A DNA stretch of 64,000 bases from Leptogorgia sarmentosa (Eukaryota), in NCBI GenBank assembly GCA_964658305.1, contig OZ210885.1, positions 22,444,001 through 22,508,000 of the forward strand, written 5' to 3'. Positions 1 to 13,365 of the stretch are shown piece by piece. The notes below the pieces were generated by a model. It did not search any database and was not told the DNA's origin. It was given only the letters and a program-made list of their open reading frames with translations. The translations under genes were made by a program, and so were the position numbers. Numbering within the stretch: the first letter of the stretch is position 1; every line of letters starts with the position of its first letter.

Positions 1-97
1 CATCTTCCTAATCAATCGCCTCCACAGAGAACTGCAGAGATGTGTAAAGACGAATGACGTTAATGGCTACATTTGTGTATTCCCAACGATACTGTCA

Positions 98-2583
98 GTG
101 TTCTTTGCCCTAAACCGACCAAATTACGCCAGATGGGGAACTCTTTTTCTGCATAAGTTGAAAAGTGCAGGCCAGGAGTTGCATGACGTATTACAGAACG
201 GTGCATTTTCTATCAGACGTACTAAAAAGAATTACAACCGATCCGCTGTCGATCTCTCCTTGGAGCAGACAGTAAACCGTGATGCTGCTTCTAGAATGAA
301 GGGAATCGTGTCTTTCCGAAATTCGGAGAAGGCAATGCGCTGCTGGTCATTAAACATGACCCAGCGTGCTACGGCAGTCACTGAGCTGAGAACATTCGCT
401 GGGCTTGAAATGGGAGAAACTGTAACATCCAAATGCCGCCTCTCAAGAATCAAAAGAGACAACAATCAAATGGCTGAACTGAGTGCAAAAATTGACGAAT
501 TCTGTAATCCATTCAGAGATGATGCTCCAACGTCCTTGGTGAACATTGCAACGGGTCAAGTAGCATCAAAACCTACTGAATCATATCTGATCAATACACT
601 GAAACGGGGTGAAGATGAAAGAGACAAGTTTCAAGACGAATGCAAGAAGGACAACAATCGATTTCTACAACCAGTGAAACACACGCGTGTACAGAACTTC
701 GCTGCTCAAAACGCGAAGAAGCAATCCAAGCTACCCGCTTTAGGGAAAGCCAAGGCAAATGCTGAGAGCCTGAGGGACATGTTTGTACGAATGATCATTG
801 TAGTTTCAGAGAAGACAGCATTTGACCTTCGAAAGATTATCTCCTACCCAATTACAACGTACCCACTGTCACTTGCACACTGCGATGGGTCTCATATGAA
901 AACCGAAAAATCGTCACTGCTGAGGAAGCTCGAGTCCCTACAGATGCAAACAATCAAAAACGAAGAATTGCCGACAAGTTACGTGAAGGTCTATGATGGG
1001 GGACTCCTTCTACATTCCGTCCTTTCGCAAACAGCTGTGGGAGCATCTTATGCATCAATGGCTCGGGCCATGCTGTCAGTGGTATGTTCAGGGAGGGTTA
1101 GTGAAGTACATGTTTGCCTGGACAAGTATGTGGAGAACTCCATAAAGGACAGTGAGAGAATGTTGCGGGGTGCAGTTGACTCAGCGTATTCAATAACCGG
1201 GCCAGAACAGAAGATCAGACAAAGCGGGAAAAAACTTCTCACAAATGGAGTTTTCAAGAATGAATTTGCCCAGTTTCTCTTAAAGGAGTGGAAGAAAGGT
1301 AACTACTGGAACATCTTTGGTGGAACGACCGTCATTGCTTCTCACGGCGGCGAATGTTATCAGTACATCCCCAATGAGCTTCATGAAATCAACGTAACCT
1401 GCCCACTACATCTCCAAGGCAACCATGAAGAGGCAGATACCTCGATTGCTTTCCACATTGCAAATATTACAGCAGACAATGTCATAGTGAGAGCATCCGA
1501 CACTGATATCTTAGTTATACTTATTGGCGGTATTGGCCAAGAAAGCCGAGAAGACAGAACGATAGCCGATATTATCATGGATTGTGGCATGGGAAATAGC
1601 AGGAGATATATCAATGTGACCAACATTGCTGACGTCCTGGAAGAGCGCAAATCTGGACTTCCAAGAGCACTGCCTGGATACCATGCCTTCACTGGGTGTG
1701 ACTTCACATCGGCTTTTTACAGGTAAGAATGACAATAGTTTATTTTTGTATAAGACGTTTTTGAAAAGTTTGTCGGAAGTTGTCTGGAAGAATGGGAAAT
1801 ACATTGATATTTCATACTATATACTGTTTCAGAAAAGGAAAAACTAAACCACTTACCATCATTGAGAGGGACAAGACCAACTCCTACGTTGACCTTTTCA
1901 TAAGTATGGGTGACGTGAACAGTGTTGTTGATCTGGATGTCGCATCCGAATTTGTATGCTATGTGTATGCACAAAGCAGTACTCAAGATGTCAATGAAGC
2001 ACGATACAAGAAACTGATGCAAATGACTGGCAAAGTTGATCAGGTGATTAAAATGAGAACCATAATAAACTTAAATCAAGTTAAACCGAAATAACTGTAC
2101 TAACAGGAAACCACTGTTTTTTTAGTCGTACAACAAGCTCGTTCCGAAAAAAACACTTCGTAATAGCTCTAATCAATTTATATTAATATTCTATTTCATT
2201 ACTTTTAGGAGAATCCACTGGCAAACATCAAGAAGATAGATTGCTCCTTGTTGCCACCTTCTCGCCCAGCCCTTGAGATGAAGATTCGGCGTACGCAGTA
2301 TGTTACAGCTTTGTGGACACATGCCACGACTGCATATCCCGAGGAAGGTTTGTCACCAACCGATTATGGATGGTATGTGAATGACAACCTTCTAATGCCA
2401 ATCTGGTTCGAAGGGCCCACTGTACCAGACAGCTTGTTTGCAAACGACAGTAACAACCCTGATGAAATGCCGGTCGAAGATGGTTTTGATTTGGAAGAAG
2501 AAACTCTTGATGGACTGAGTGATCCTGACGGAGAAGTATGGAGTGAAGAGTCAGATTCAGAGGAAGACGATGACGACTATTAA
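98..2583 (+). CDS. Academ-type transposase/XPG-like nuclease, C-terminal part; spliced exons ..1722, 1833-2043, 2209-2583
   Basis: ORFs 98-1726, 1780-2094 and 2248-2583 join via GT-AG introns (AFYR|KGKTKP, KVDQ|ENPL). Acidic tail. Confidence 0.7.
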
Positions 2584-2754
2584 CAGACAACAACTCCAGA
2601 CAATTTGTTAAATTTGTTGTTGATTATATCTGCATGTTTCCATTTATATTCACTACACAATGCTAAGCTTAACTTTTTTAGGTCACTTAAATAAGTTTTA
2701 TAACCCAAAAGCTCAACCAAAACTTAATGTGATCTAGCTCAGTTAATTTTAAAC

Positions 2755-3010
2755 CACCGCTGAAATTGTCTGGCAATAGTCATTAATGATAAACAGGGTC
2801 ATGATGAACATTTTCCAGTAAGTTTTATCAGGTTAACTCTCCAGCTGATCTAGCTGAATTTTGAACATTTTAAAGTTGTCAGTCCAGGGTCGTCTGGCCG
2901 GCCCACCCCACCGCTGAAATTGTCTGGCAATAGTCATTAATGATAAATAGGGTGATGATGAACATTTTTAAGTAAGTTTCATCAGGTTAACTCTCCAGCT
3001 GATCTAGCTC
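2755..3010. repeat. Subterminal direct duplication, period ~155 bp
   Basis: ACCGCTGAAATTGTCTGGCAATAGTCATTAATGATAAA...GGTTAACTCTCCAGCTGATCTAGCT occurs twice. Confidence 0.85.
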
Positions 3011-3268
3011 AAATTTAGGGTTTTTTTATCATGCCCCCCTGACCACATCCACCACTATCTGCCTGCCAGACACCCGTTTCCTTGTATAACCATGTATATG
3101 GAATATTGCTATATGCATGAAAATTGGTTAACTTTCCAGCTAGGCTCAACCCTGCTGGCTCCCGGTCTAAATACATAGAATTGTTGTCTCGTCAATATAC
3201 TAGCATGCTCAACGACACTTATATTGGCAGTTTTGAGTATGGAAATGGGAATGATAAGATGAGGATAA

Positions 3269-3432
3269 AGGGAACGAGCGCGAATGCAGGTCCCCACTAC
3301 CTGAAATTATACGCTCGAGTTACCCACATTAGGGGTAATCGCAGGAGTCAACCCAGTCGAAGTGCAATGAAAGGGCCTTATCCTGAGAGGACCTCCTAGT
3401 TGATCAAGGTGCCTCTCGCGTCAGGTAAGTAT
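3269..3432 (-). ncRNA. RNU1: U1 snRNA gene, full length (164 nt)
   Basis: Reverse complement starts ATACTTACCTG. It has SLI GATCA, SLII loop ATTGCACTTC, Sm-site ATAATTTCAGG and terminal SLIV with TTCG loop. Confidence 0.96.
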
Positions 3433-3455
3433 GACTTTATGGCGCATACGATTAT

Positions 3456-3463
3456 CTTTTATA
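3456..3463 (-). promoter_or_regulatory. TATA-like box at -31 of U1
   Basis: TATAAAAG on the minus strand; same position in the second copy (32699-32706). Confidence 0.5.
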
Positions 3464-3864
3464 TGCTGCAACCGTGTGGAATGCTTGTGGAACGAATGTA
3501 TGGGGAAGAGTTTGTCTGCCCATCTCTCGGACTGCACCGTGTTTGCACGTTCCGACAATTCTCGACCATATTCAATACGAGTTTACAAAAAAATCCATGA
3601 GTGTAAATCTCATGAACAGCGATGCTGCTTTGTTGGCCAGCGAGCTACCCAAGACTATTTTATAACATAAATGTGTTAGGCTGCTGCTTACCATGCAAGT
3701 ATAATTCGTTTGTCGTCGGACATCCGCACTCAATACGTCATATATACGTATTTCCTGCCAAATGCCGGTTTGCGGCGATGATCTATCTGTAAAGACAAGA
3801 ATAATTTAATTGTTAGAATTTTGAACTGTTAGTGAGAAATCTTCCCCCAATAATGAAATTGGGG

Positions 3865-4033
3865 AAGTGGGCCGTACTCGGAGGTAGTGCAATACAGAGA
3901 CAACCCGTGGCCAGGGCGAAGCAAGCTTCAATCCCATGGTCAAGGTCCAAAAATCAGTTTAATATATGAGTTAGGACATTGCCTAACATATCAGATATTA
4001 AGCTGATAAGAACAGATACTACACTTGATCTTA
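3865..4033 (-). pseudogene. RNU2: U2 snRNA nt 22 to end; 5' 21 nt displaced by an insertion
   Basis: Reverse complement reads TAAGATCAAGTGTAGTATCTGTTCTTATCAG, Sm site ATTTTTG, SLIV loop ATTGCACTAC. Confidence 0.95.
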
Positions 4034-5170
4034 TTTTGGTTTATTAAAACGTTTTAACTATTTACAAGGCGCAGTGCAATGCCCATAAGTCAAAGCACGA
4101 GAAAAAAAGATCATGCCATACTAGTCCAGCTAGTTGTCCGTTTTATGGCCAATGGCCTACACTACTAAAATTAAATCAAGCGTCCTGCGCCCATCAGTCT
4201 GCAAAGCTGACACATGCTCCAGCCTCGTACCCAGGCGCGAAAAAGCAAAAAATAAATGCACTACAGGGTGTATCAAAAAAAAGTTTACTCGCGAAAAATG
4301 TCTTTTAAGCCGAAGCGCACGCACCCCATTGCAAACCATTGGTATATCTAAGTAGTTTGAGCCCTTCGGATACATCCTACACTAAAAGTTTGCAGAAAAC
4401 GACCATTTTACGACTACGAAAAGTGTTATAAAAAGCCGTAGTAAAAATGGCTTGCACGAAAAAATGTGAGCCGGAAAATGCAATTTGATTTGACAGCCTA
4501 AATCTATCGAACAAGTTTCATAAGTTATTCACGTTTTGAGAAATTTGGTTCACGCTGAGACGAACGTGCAATGTCCGAAAACTGGATTTTCCGCAATTTC
4601 TTCGCGTAATTACGTACCTTTGGGAATTAGCTTCCAATTTGCATTGGTAATTAATGCAAATATCCAATTATGCATAAATAAATGGTAATCACGCAGGAAA
4701 GAACGCAAAATCCAGTTTTCGGACATCGCACGTTCGTCTCAGCGTGCACCAAATTTCTCAAAACTTGAATAACTTATGAAACTTGTTCGATAGATTTAGA
4801 CTGTCAAATCAAATTGCATTTTTCGCCTCACATTTTTTCGCGCAAGCCATTTTTACTACGGCTTTTTATAACACTTTTCGTAGTCGTAAAATGGTCTTTT
4901 TCTGCAAACTTTTAGTGTAGGATGTATCCGAAGGGCTCAAACTACTTAGATATACCAATGGTTTGCAATGGGGTGCGTGCGCTTCGGCCTAAAAGACATT
5001 TTTCGCGAGTAAACTTTTTTTTGATACACCCTGTATAGTGCTTTTACATAGATCAGTGGCTAGGCTGAGCAAGCGCGCGGGGGTTGATGGGCAGGACGCG
5101 ACGGGAATTCGCAGCGCCTGGCAGAGAATGCAAATATGACTCTTCAGAAATATGATATCTGAAGAGTGAG
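4034..5170 (-). mobile_element. 3' end of an unclassified retroelement abutting U2 nt 22; far boundary uncertain
   Basis: Minus strand reads AATAAA-CC-AAAA directly into U2 TAAGATC. No coding part seen. Interrupted by the MITE at 4264-5033. Confidence 0.55.
4264..5033. mobile_element. Tc1/mariner-type palindromic MITE
   Basis: TA|CAGGGTGTATCAAAA...TTTTGATACACCCTG|TA; nearly the whole element is an inverted repeat. Confidence 0.92.
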
Positions 5171-6649
5171 ACCACACAGCTATTTACATGTGCATCTTCA
5201 ATCATTTTTTGCATTTTTGGTGAATATAACTTATGGATGAATTAGAACAATCGCTGAAGGAATTATCGTTTGAAGGTACGTCAAACTCGTCTGCCATTAT
5301 CCTAATATTCTGATAATGAAATTGCTCTTTGTTCAAATTAGCATCTTCGAGTTCTGATGATGATTATCTAATCTTTAATTTATCGTCGCGTGGGGAACTA
5401 AATTATCAAGGTGAAATAGGTAGTTATTTTATAATTTATATAGCAACTCAAGTATAATTCATACAGTAGATACCCCGTGGAAATGCACAAATTAACAAAG
5501 ATTGTTTGGTCCCTGTAAATCAGAAGAGGGGCAGGGGAGGGGAGAGGGGGTACAAAGATTGTTTGGTTCTTATAGAGTAATTCAGATGCAATAGTGCTGT
5601 TAATGGTCTCAAGGGTTATGTCCAATATCTTAGATTATTATTTATTTCAAACAATTCAAGAGTTTTGATTGGTTAAGAGCAGTGCAATAAATCTTCATAT
5701 ACGACATTATGATGTAATTATGTCGTATATTGAAAATTATACGACATTATGATGTCAACTAATTTATTCTGCATATGCCAAAAGCGGGAAAATTGTGGAA
5801 AATACAAATGGCTTCCTCAAAGGAAAGGTTCTTCCAAACGTTTATACTGAGTTGAAATAAATTTGTTTGATTTAATCCTTGTTTAGCTATGTTGAATTGC
5901 TTTGACTGCGATCTTGAAATGTACAACAGCTATATAGTCAGGGAGCATGTGTAATCCCGTGGGAAATCTGTGAAGAAAGCAAGCAACAGTGCTAGTCGTG
6001 TTCAGGGGACTTCCAATATTAAGAAAAGTGATGTTGCCAAGTTTGCAACTTGCTCTATGCCAATTTACGGGGTATTTTGTAAAATGACGTCACAAGTTCA
6101 GCATAGAAACGAGGCTGGTATCAAAATCATTAATATCTTTGCTATTTTCCAACGAAATTTCACGAAACTTGTAAAAAATAATCATCATGCCATTCAGACG
6201 ACAGTAGTGGTATTTTCATTGTGTCACGTGACTCCTAACATGGAAACGAGGCTAATAATGTAGCGGGCTACTTGGGCTACCTGTGTATTGCTCCGTGGGA
6301 CTGGGACTAAGTATGATGATGCACTATTGCTAGTCAGCGGTTTTTATCATTGAATAGTGATCCGGTGATCTGCCATGTTCTATCTACAGGCTCTGTAAGT
6401 ACATATTTTGTGGCCTTTGTTCTCTGGATGTCAGACAATAGACCGGATTTTAAATTCTGCATTTTGTGCCACAAGAAAACACAAGAATCTCTAGTACAAA
6501 ATCCAATGTCACACGAAAGATTGCTTTGATTTGTGGAAGAGAGAAGTGGATATGGAGATCTTTATTATCGTGATACCTGGTTATTGCTACAGCATTACAC
6601 ATCACAAGAGTTAGCTCTTCAGAATGCAACATAGCACAGATCATGCTAT

Positions 6650-7905
6650 CAGGAAGTCACCAATACAGGAAAGTTAAAAAGAGCAAAAGAGAAATGCGAA
6701 AAAGAAGATGGACCTACAAGTTCTAAGCGAAAAAAGGAGGAAGGCAAAAAATTGACACGGTCCCAAACATGCCCCTACAATAAGGAACTGTGCTTCTTTT
6801 GTGACCAAGCGGCTGGCAACAAAGATCCTCTGCATTCCGTTAGCACCACGTCAGCAGGACAGTCAATCCGGGCTGCTGTAGAGATTCTGGGAGATGAAAA
6901 ATTGCAAACAAAGCTTGCAACATCAATTGACGCCAATGACGCTCATGCCATAGATATCAAGTACCATAAGAATTGTTACCTGAACAATGTCACAAATATA
7001 CTGCGAAGATCCCAATTCCAATCAAGCGAGGATAATGCCGAGACAGCTGGCAGGATTGAATTTTTACATATCACTGAGAAGGCTTTGAGAGAAGGGAAAC
7101 CTTTAAATATGGCAGATCTCGAGACCCTGTATATAAATGTGCTTCTCGAAAATGATGTACTGAATCCCTCATGCTCGAGAAAGACACTGAAGCAATTAAT
7201 TTCAAGTCACGTTCCAGATGTTGAATTTCACAGGCCGAAACGACTGAATGAACCGGAAAGACTAACTGTAAAAGAAACTCGGGATAAGTCAATATCAAAC
7301 AACAAAGACTGTTCCACCGACACTGAGATGAAAGCTATCTATGATGCTGCAGCACTCCTTTGCAAGCGTATCAATCGCAGCAAGAGTTGGACCTTCACCG
7401 GACGCTTTGACGAGCTTGGTAATGAACATCTTCCCAAGGAGCTATATTGCTTTTTTAGATGGGTCATACATGGTCCAATAGAATTTCAATCAGGTAAGTA
7501 TATCATTACAATGTTTTTTATAGATTGGGCTGGGTAGGGGGATTTCCATATTGACTATATTAATTATTATAATATCGCCTTTACCTAGATGACAAGTTCA
7601 GTGAAATCTACAAGCGGGCAGTTACCCTGAGCCAGAGCACCATCTCGATGACCCTTACTGATCGCCAGGTGAAGCACCGGAAGTCAGAGGTATATTAAGG
7701 GCCTTCACATCCTCCAAATCAATGACATAATAGATGTATTTATTTTCTTCTAATCTGTGTTTTTAAAGGTAATTCGATCAACAAAAGAAATGCCTCAACA
7801 ACTTGCCATTGGTTTGGCAATACACCAGTGTATTAGGAGCAAAGCGATTGTAAATATGCTACATGGGTTTGGGATGTCGGTAGAGTACAATCGTATTCTA
7901 AGAAT
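6650..7905 (+). pseudogene. Academ-like transposase N-terminal fragment (spliced)
   Basis: CFFC...DAHAIDIKYHKNC, then a downstream exon PQQLAIGLAIHQCIRSKAIVNMLHGFGMSVEY; breaks off near 7905. Confidence 0.6.
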
Positions 7906-8456
7906 TGGATGTAAGTGATCCAGAAAACATTTCATCTTCACAGAAGAAGCAAATTGAAAAAGAAATGAAGGAAATGGAAGAAATGTGCTCCTTGGGAATG
8001 AGAGAGGAAAGTGATATAGAAGACCTATTCAAGAGAGAGATCTTTAAAGATCTGCTTAACAATTTTGAAGAGAAGTGCCCGCTTTTGCACAATGTTCTGC
8101 AGACACTGTTGGTAACAGATAAAAGGCAAAGAGTTTATAAAACTTCAGAGTATAAACTGACCTGTGGTGTTAATGCATTGTATCTATTACTTAGTGTCAG
8201 GAATCGGAAATGTAAAAATGATGTACGACTGCTCCTCGGTCTTGTTTGTGTCACATATGGAGCTGGTAAACAGTTTATCAATCTTTTAAATTCTATTGGA
8301 TTGACACCACATTGGGATACCATGTATGTATCTTTTCCTTTGTCAATGTACTTATACATTTCATTTTGGTAGTTTGCACAAATTTTATTCCCTGATAATC
8401 ACTAAGTAAATATTGAAAACATCCATATTCAGAAAGACTCAAAGAATCACCATCTG

Positions 8457-8701
8457 GGGCCGGTTGTACAAAAGGTGAATAGCGCTATCCATCAGATAGC
8501 GACTTTTTCAAACTTCCTAAAACAACCCGTTGATCCATCCAATTCAGATTAAACTTTGATATTTTAGAGTTGAACTTTTCTTTATTAATTTCCAGGCCCA
8601 TATGTGCAGTTTTATAGCTTTTTGTGTATTTTTACAATGATTGAAAAAATCAATATCCAATGGCAGTGGATAAAGTTATCTGACTTTCGTACAACCGTCC
8701 C
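8457..8701. mobile_element. PIF/Harbinger-like MITE
   Basis: TIR GGGCCGGTTGTAC..GTACAACCGTCCC with TSD CTG. A related copy in opposite orientation is at 31215-31439. Confidence 0.8.
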
Positions 8702-9835
8702 CTGGTGGATAGTATTCTAGTATTCTCAGTCCACCTTGTATTCTTACAGATGATCTTCTAAATTGTAATAGTTTGGATACCAGTTATATTTAAGAAATAG
8801 AAAACATTTTCCGTGTTTCTATAGAGTTTTAGTAGAATCATACTCCTATACTATTGCAAATGCTGCAATTTGATTGGCTACTCTACTCGCTATCTATTCC
8901 TCGATAGATAGCGAGTAGCAAAATATGTGAATTTTCGTTCAAGAAAATGTCTTCTGAGACGCGGTTTTCAATTATTTTTTGCAATATTTTCATGTTTGAT
9001 CTCTGATTCTACTAAAACAATAGATTACTCGCTCTCGATTTCTACGAAATGATAGTTGAAATACTATCCTCTCGTAGAAATCTCGCACTCGTAATCTAAT
9101 TGTTAAATAGAAACACGGGTTTTTTGAGCTCTCGACCAATCAACGCCCGTGTTTTTAAAAGGCTATTTTATAAACGTATATAACATACATGTAATGTAAA
9201 TTACTCACCCAAGTATAGTGATCTGAAACCCAAAACATTCTTTCTACATACAGACACAGTATAGCACAAATTAAGTAATTTTTTTGTTTACTTTTAGAAA
9301 TAATTTTCTTGATCATCGCCAAGAAGGATTGTCAAAGCTTATCGAAGACAAGTGCCCCGAAACAACACCAGTTATTTTGTTAATGGGCAATGTGAATATT
9401 TACCGTGGAAGAAAACGCCATCTAAGACTTTTCAAATCTTTGGGGCCTAAGATGTGGAATTTTACCGTAAGAGGAGCAATTATCCCTGACATAAGCGAAA
9501 TTGAAGAGTTAATGATGTGTAAGGAAACTGCCACAATGCCACAAAGAGATATTTCACAAATAACAGCTGAAGATCTGTTTTTAGGTAACTAACATACAAT
9601 AACATATAGATGTAAAGCTATAGTTGTTTTTAAACAGTGACATCCTCCCACCACTGGCAAATGACTGTAACTGAAATAAGGAAAGATTGATTGGTGGGTT
9701 GTAAACTTGTGAATGCACATGCTCTACTATTAGTCCTGTGTGTTTTAAAGCCGTTGTATTTATTTATTTATTGAAATATGTTTCTCAATCACGGATTCAA
9801 GGTCAATCTGTTTTATCTTTTTTTTACAGATTCCA

Positions 9836-10115
9836 TATTGAAGTTATGGTAATAAATCGAATACCTGAATCCAGTTTAAGTAATCATTTTGTATAATAAA
9901 CGTAACCCCTACAAGAACAAGTAGAAAAAGATATACATATAAAAGCTATATTGTTCCCAATTATATCGTATGTTCAGTGTCACGTGACAATAATTAACCA
10001 ATCATATATCTATAAACTATTATGTACTTTAACCTATAATAATCCCGTGATTAAAGTGTGATCATTACATTGATACATTTGAATTAACCTTATATGAAGT
10101 AGTCACTTCTTAACA
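9836..10115 (-). repeat. Copia 3' LTR
   Basis: Matches 18635-18914 with two substitutions seen by eye. Confidence 0.97.
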
Positions 10116-10441
10116 CTCCCACTTAATGATTATACTTAATTAATCAAAAATCAAACAATTCTATAAAGTTAAAAATTGTTTGTTAAGACCAAAAGTTATT
10201 CTTTGATTTCAAAAACACCTAACATGTCTCTAAACTTCTGAAATTAAACTTTTGATAGTCCTTTAGTCATAATATCAGCTAACATGTCCTTAGTTGCACA
10301 GTACTTCACAGAAACAGTGTTCTGATTTACTTGCTCTCGAATATAATGGTATGAGACATCAATGTGCTTAGTACGTGAATGGAACTTTGGATTCTTTGAC
10401 AATTGGATCGCACCTTGATTGTCTTCATATATGACAGTAGG

Positions 10442-10594
10442 CAGTGGCGTCGCCAGAGTCGATAAGTGGGGTGGACGTATTCATATATTCGTGTTCGCAG
10501 ACCATAAAAACAATCGATTTCAAAAGAAATTAATTGTGCAAAACACGAATATATGAATATGTCCACCTCACTTATCGAGCTGGCGACGCCACTG
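10442..10594. mobile_element. hAT-type MITE in Copia RNase H
   Basis: TIR CAGTGGCGTCGCCAG; 8-bp TSD ACAGTAGG. Confidence 0.92.
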
Positions 10595-11003
10595 ACAGTA
10601 GGATCATTCTGTTTGATACATACCTCATCAAGTAATCTTCTCAACCAAATTCCTTCTTGGCAAGCAGTACTTAATGCGACATATTCAGCTCTTTCCAATT
10701 GCTTCTTTCTCTCTCTTTAACATTTCAACATTATTTGAAAGGAAAATCATATCGTCCACGTAAATTGCAATGATGACAAAATCAATCTTGCCACTTGTGG
10801 ATACAACCGATTTGATATAGATACATGGATCTGCAGTGCTCTTCTTATAACCATTAGCCAGTAGATAACCATCAATTGAGTTATTCCAACACCTCGCAGC
10901 TTGCTTCAGACCATAAATGCTCTTGTTCAACTTGCACACATGATCAGGTCGATCCTTATCAATAAAACCATCAGGTTGCTTTAGATAAATCTCCTCCTCC
11001 AAT

Positions 11004-11393
11004 GGACCAATTGCATAATAGACAAAATTTTAAAAAGTTCGAAATAGTACAATTCATAACAATAGCGTGAAAGAGCATCCCAAAGTTAGTAAAATGGCAA
11101 AGTTTGGGTGCGAAATGTTGTAAAATACGGAAAATATAACCGTGCGAAATTGGCAAATTTGTATACTTTTGTATTACGTGCGAAATGAAGTAACTAATTT
11201 AGTTAGCAATTCACGCATGTAATACAAAAGTATACAAATTTGCCAATTTCGCACGGTTATATTTTCCGTATTTTACAACATTTCGCACCCAAACTTTGCC
11301 ATTTTACTAACTTTGGGATGCTCTTTCACGCTATTGTTATGAATTGTACTATTTCGAACTTTTTAAAAATTTTGTCCATTATGCAATTGGTCC
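11004..11393. mobile_element. Palindromic MITE in Copia RT
   Basis: GGACCAATTGCATAAT...ATTATGCAATTGGTCC is a near-perfect palindrome. Removal with an AT duplication restores LQGELEEEIY. Confidence 0.88.
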
Positions 11394-12746
11394 ATTCTCC
11401 TTGTAGAAATGCCGTCTTGACATCCATCTGATGGATTTCCCAATCACACACATTTGCAACTGGAAGCAACGATCTAATGGAGTTATAGCGAGCAACAGGA
11501 GCAAAGACTTCTTCGTAATCAATTCCTTGTGATTGACTATACCCTTGCGCCACCAACCTTGCTTTGAATTGTTCGACAGATCCATCAGCGTTTCGTTTCA
11601 CTTTGTACACCCACTTACTGCCAATCACATTCTTGTTCTCAGGTGGTGGAACCAAGTCCCAAGTGTTATTCTCCAAAAGAGAATTATACTCCGATTCCAT
11701 TGCACTTTTCCACTCACTTGAGTACTCCCCAGTGACAGCTTCATGAACATTGCTCGGTTCATCAACATTATCTGCAGTAAGATTACTTGTAACATGGCAC
11801 TCTTCAACATACCTTGCAGGAGGTCTTTTCACTCGTTTTTCTCCAACCTGTCTAACTTCTTCCATGAAATTTTCCTCGAAGGTTGCTCCCACTTGATTGT
11901 TGCGATTCATGTCCTGCATGTTGCCAGCATTTGCATTCTCATCACCAGGCACCCTTTCAGGATCTTCATCATCACTATTTCCAGCGACAGGAGCATTTAT
12001 TGAAACAGGAACATCTTTAACATCTTCATGATCATCACTTGAAACAGATTGTTTACTTTCAAAGTCATAAAACTTTCTTTCTTGAAAAACAACATCACGA
12101 CTTCGAAAAAACTTTTTAGAACTTGGATCATAAAATTTGTATCCTTTTGTTCCTTCAGGATATCCAACAAAGATCGATTTTCTGGATTTCCCCTCCAGCT
12201 TTGTACGTTGACCGTCAGGAATGTGTACATAACTAACACAACCAAACACATGTAAATTTCCAACATCTGGTTTTTGCTTGAATAAACACTCATATGGAGT
12301 AACACCGTCCAGAGCACTTGTAGGACATCTGTTGCGAATATAAACCGAAGTGTTCACTGCTTCAGCCCAAAACTGATTTGGCAAATTTGAGTGGGACATC
12401 ATGGCTCTGGCCGACTCCATAACAGTCCGATTCATTCTTTCGGCAACACCATTTTGTGCCGGGTTATATGGCACAGTCAGTTGATGTACAATTCCATTTT
12501 CTTTCAAAAAGGACTCGAATTCCTTTGAGCAGTATTCTCCTCCATTGTCAGTACGAATGACTTTAATTCCTTTCCCAGAAACATTCTTTGCATAATTGTG
12601 GAAGTCCTTTAACTTTTCCAAAACTTGGCTCTTATTCTTGAGAAAATACACAAAAGTACATCTTGTAAAGTCATCAATAAATGTGACATAGTAACAAGAT
12701 CCACCAATTGAACTTTCAGGCATGGGTCCACACACATCACTATGGA

Positions 12747-13365
12747 TTAGACAAATGCGTCTTCATTATGCACCTTCGTGTCATTCGCTCGATCTTCGTC
12801 GTTCAAGATCATATTCTTAACTTTTTCATATAACTCAGCCTCACCGACAACGTCTAGAGCTGTGATTAACGGCTTGTATTTCTCTGGTAGGCTAGCTAGA
12901 AGTGTCATTGCTAACTCTTTATCGTCAACGTTCACCCCCATTTCTTTTAACTGATCGTGAAGCGATTTCAAATTACTGATGTGATCAAGCATGTTGTCAC
13001 CAACGCGAAATTTACACGAATAATATTGCTGACGCAGTCTTACCTTCTGTAATAACGATTTTCGTGCAAATTGCCCTTGAAAGGCATCCCAAGCCTCTTT
13101 CACAGTCGTTGTTTCCCGCACATGTATTTGTTGTTCAGGCTCGACAGCCAAACAAATATATGTCCATGCCTTCTTTGCACGCGAGTTGAACTTCCTTCGA
13201 ACTTCATCACTGGCGTCTTCAGCAGGAGATTCAGCACTACCATCTGCGAACTCAAACAGATCCATGCTCTCCAAATACAACCGTATGTTGAATGCCCATG
13301 ATCGATAATTTGTGCCGTTCAACTTGGCAAATTTCAACGCACTCGAAACGTCCGACGATGCCGCC
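12747..13365 (-). pseudogene. Copia gag; start codon region separated by the MULE insertion
   Basis: KLNGTNYRSW...LLASLP motif; the ATG lies just beyond 18539 on the other side of the MULE. Confidence 0.88.

Larger units (their letters stand above)
1..3041 (+). mobile_element. AcademX-like DNA transposon, 3' part, truncated by window start
   Basis: Protein has NYARW, DLSLEQT and XPG/PIN-like HEEADT and HAFTGCDFTSAF motifs. Subterminal ~155-bp tandem duplication; putative end ...ATGCCCCCCTG at 3041. Confidence 0.7.
10200..12745 (-). pseudogene. Copia pol (integrase, RT, RNase H), deleted and interrupted
   Basis: Motifs FIDDFTR, RTDNGGEY, PAQNGVAERMN, KARLVAQG, MDVKTAFL, YVDD, AEYVAL. Confidence 0.93.

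Noticed and set aside
3109..3670. Short ORFs over U1 and the spacer (also 32202-32749, 54034-54538)
   Set aside because: They overlap snRNA or spacer sequence and have no protein motifs.
5630..6300. Possible non-autonomous elements (also 8780-9175)
   Set aside because: Repeat-like but termini and TSDs could not be fixed.
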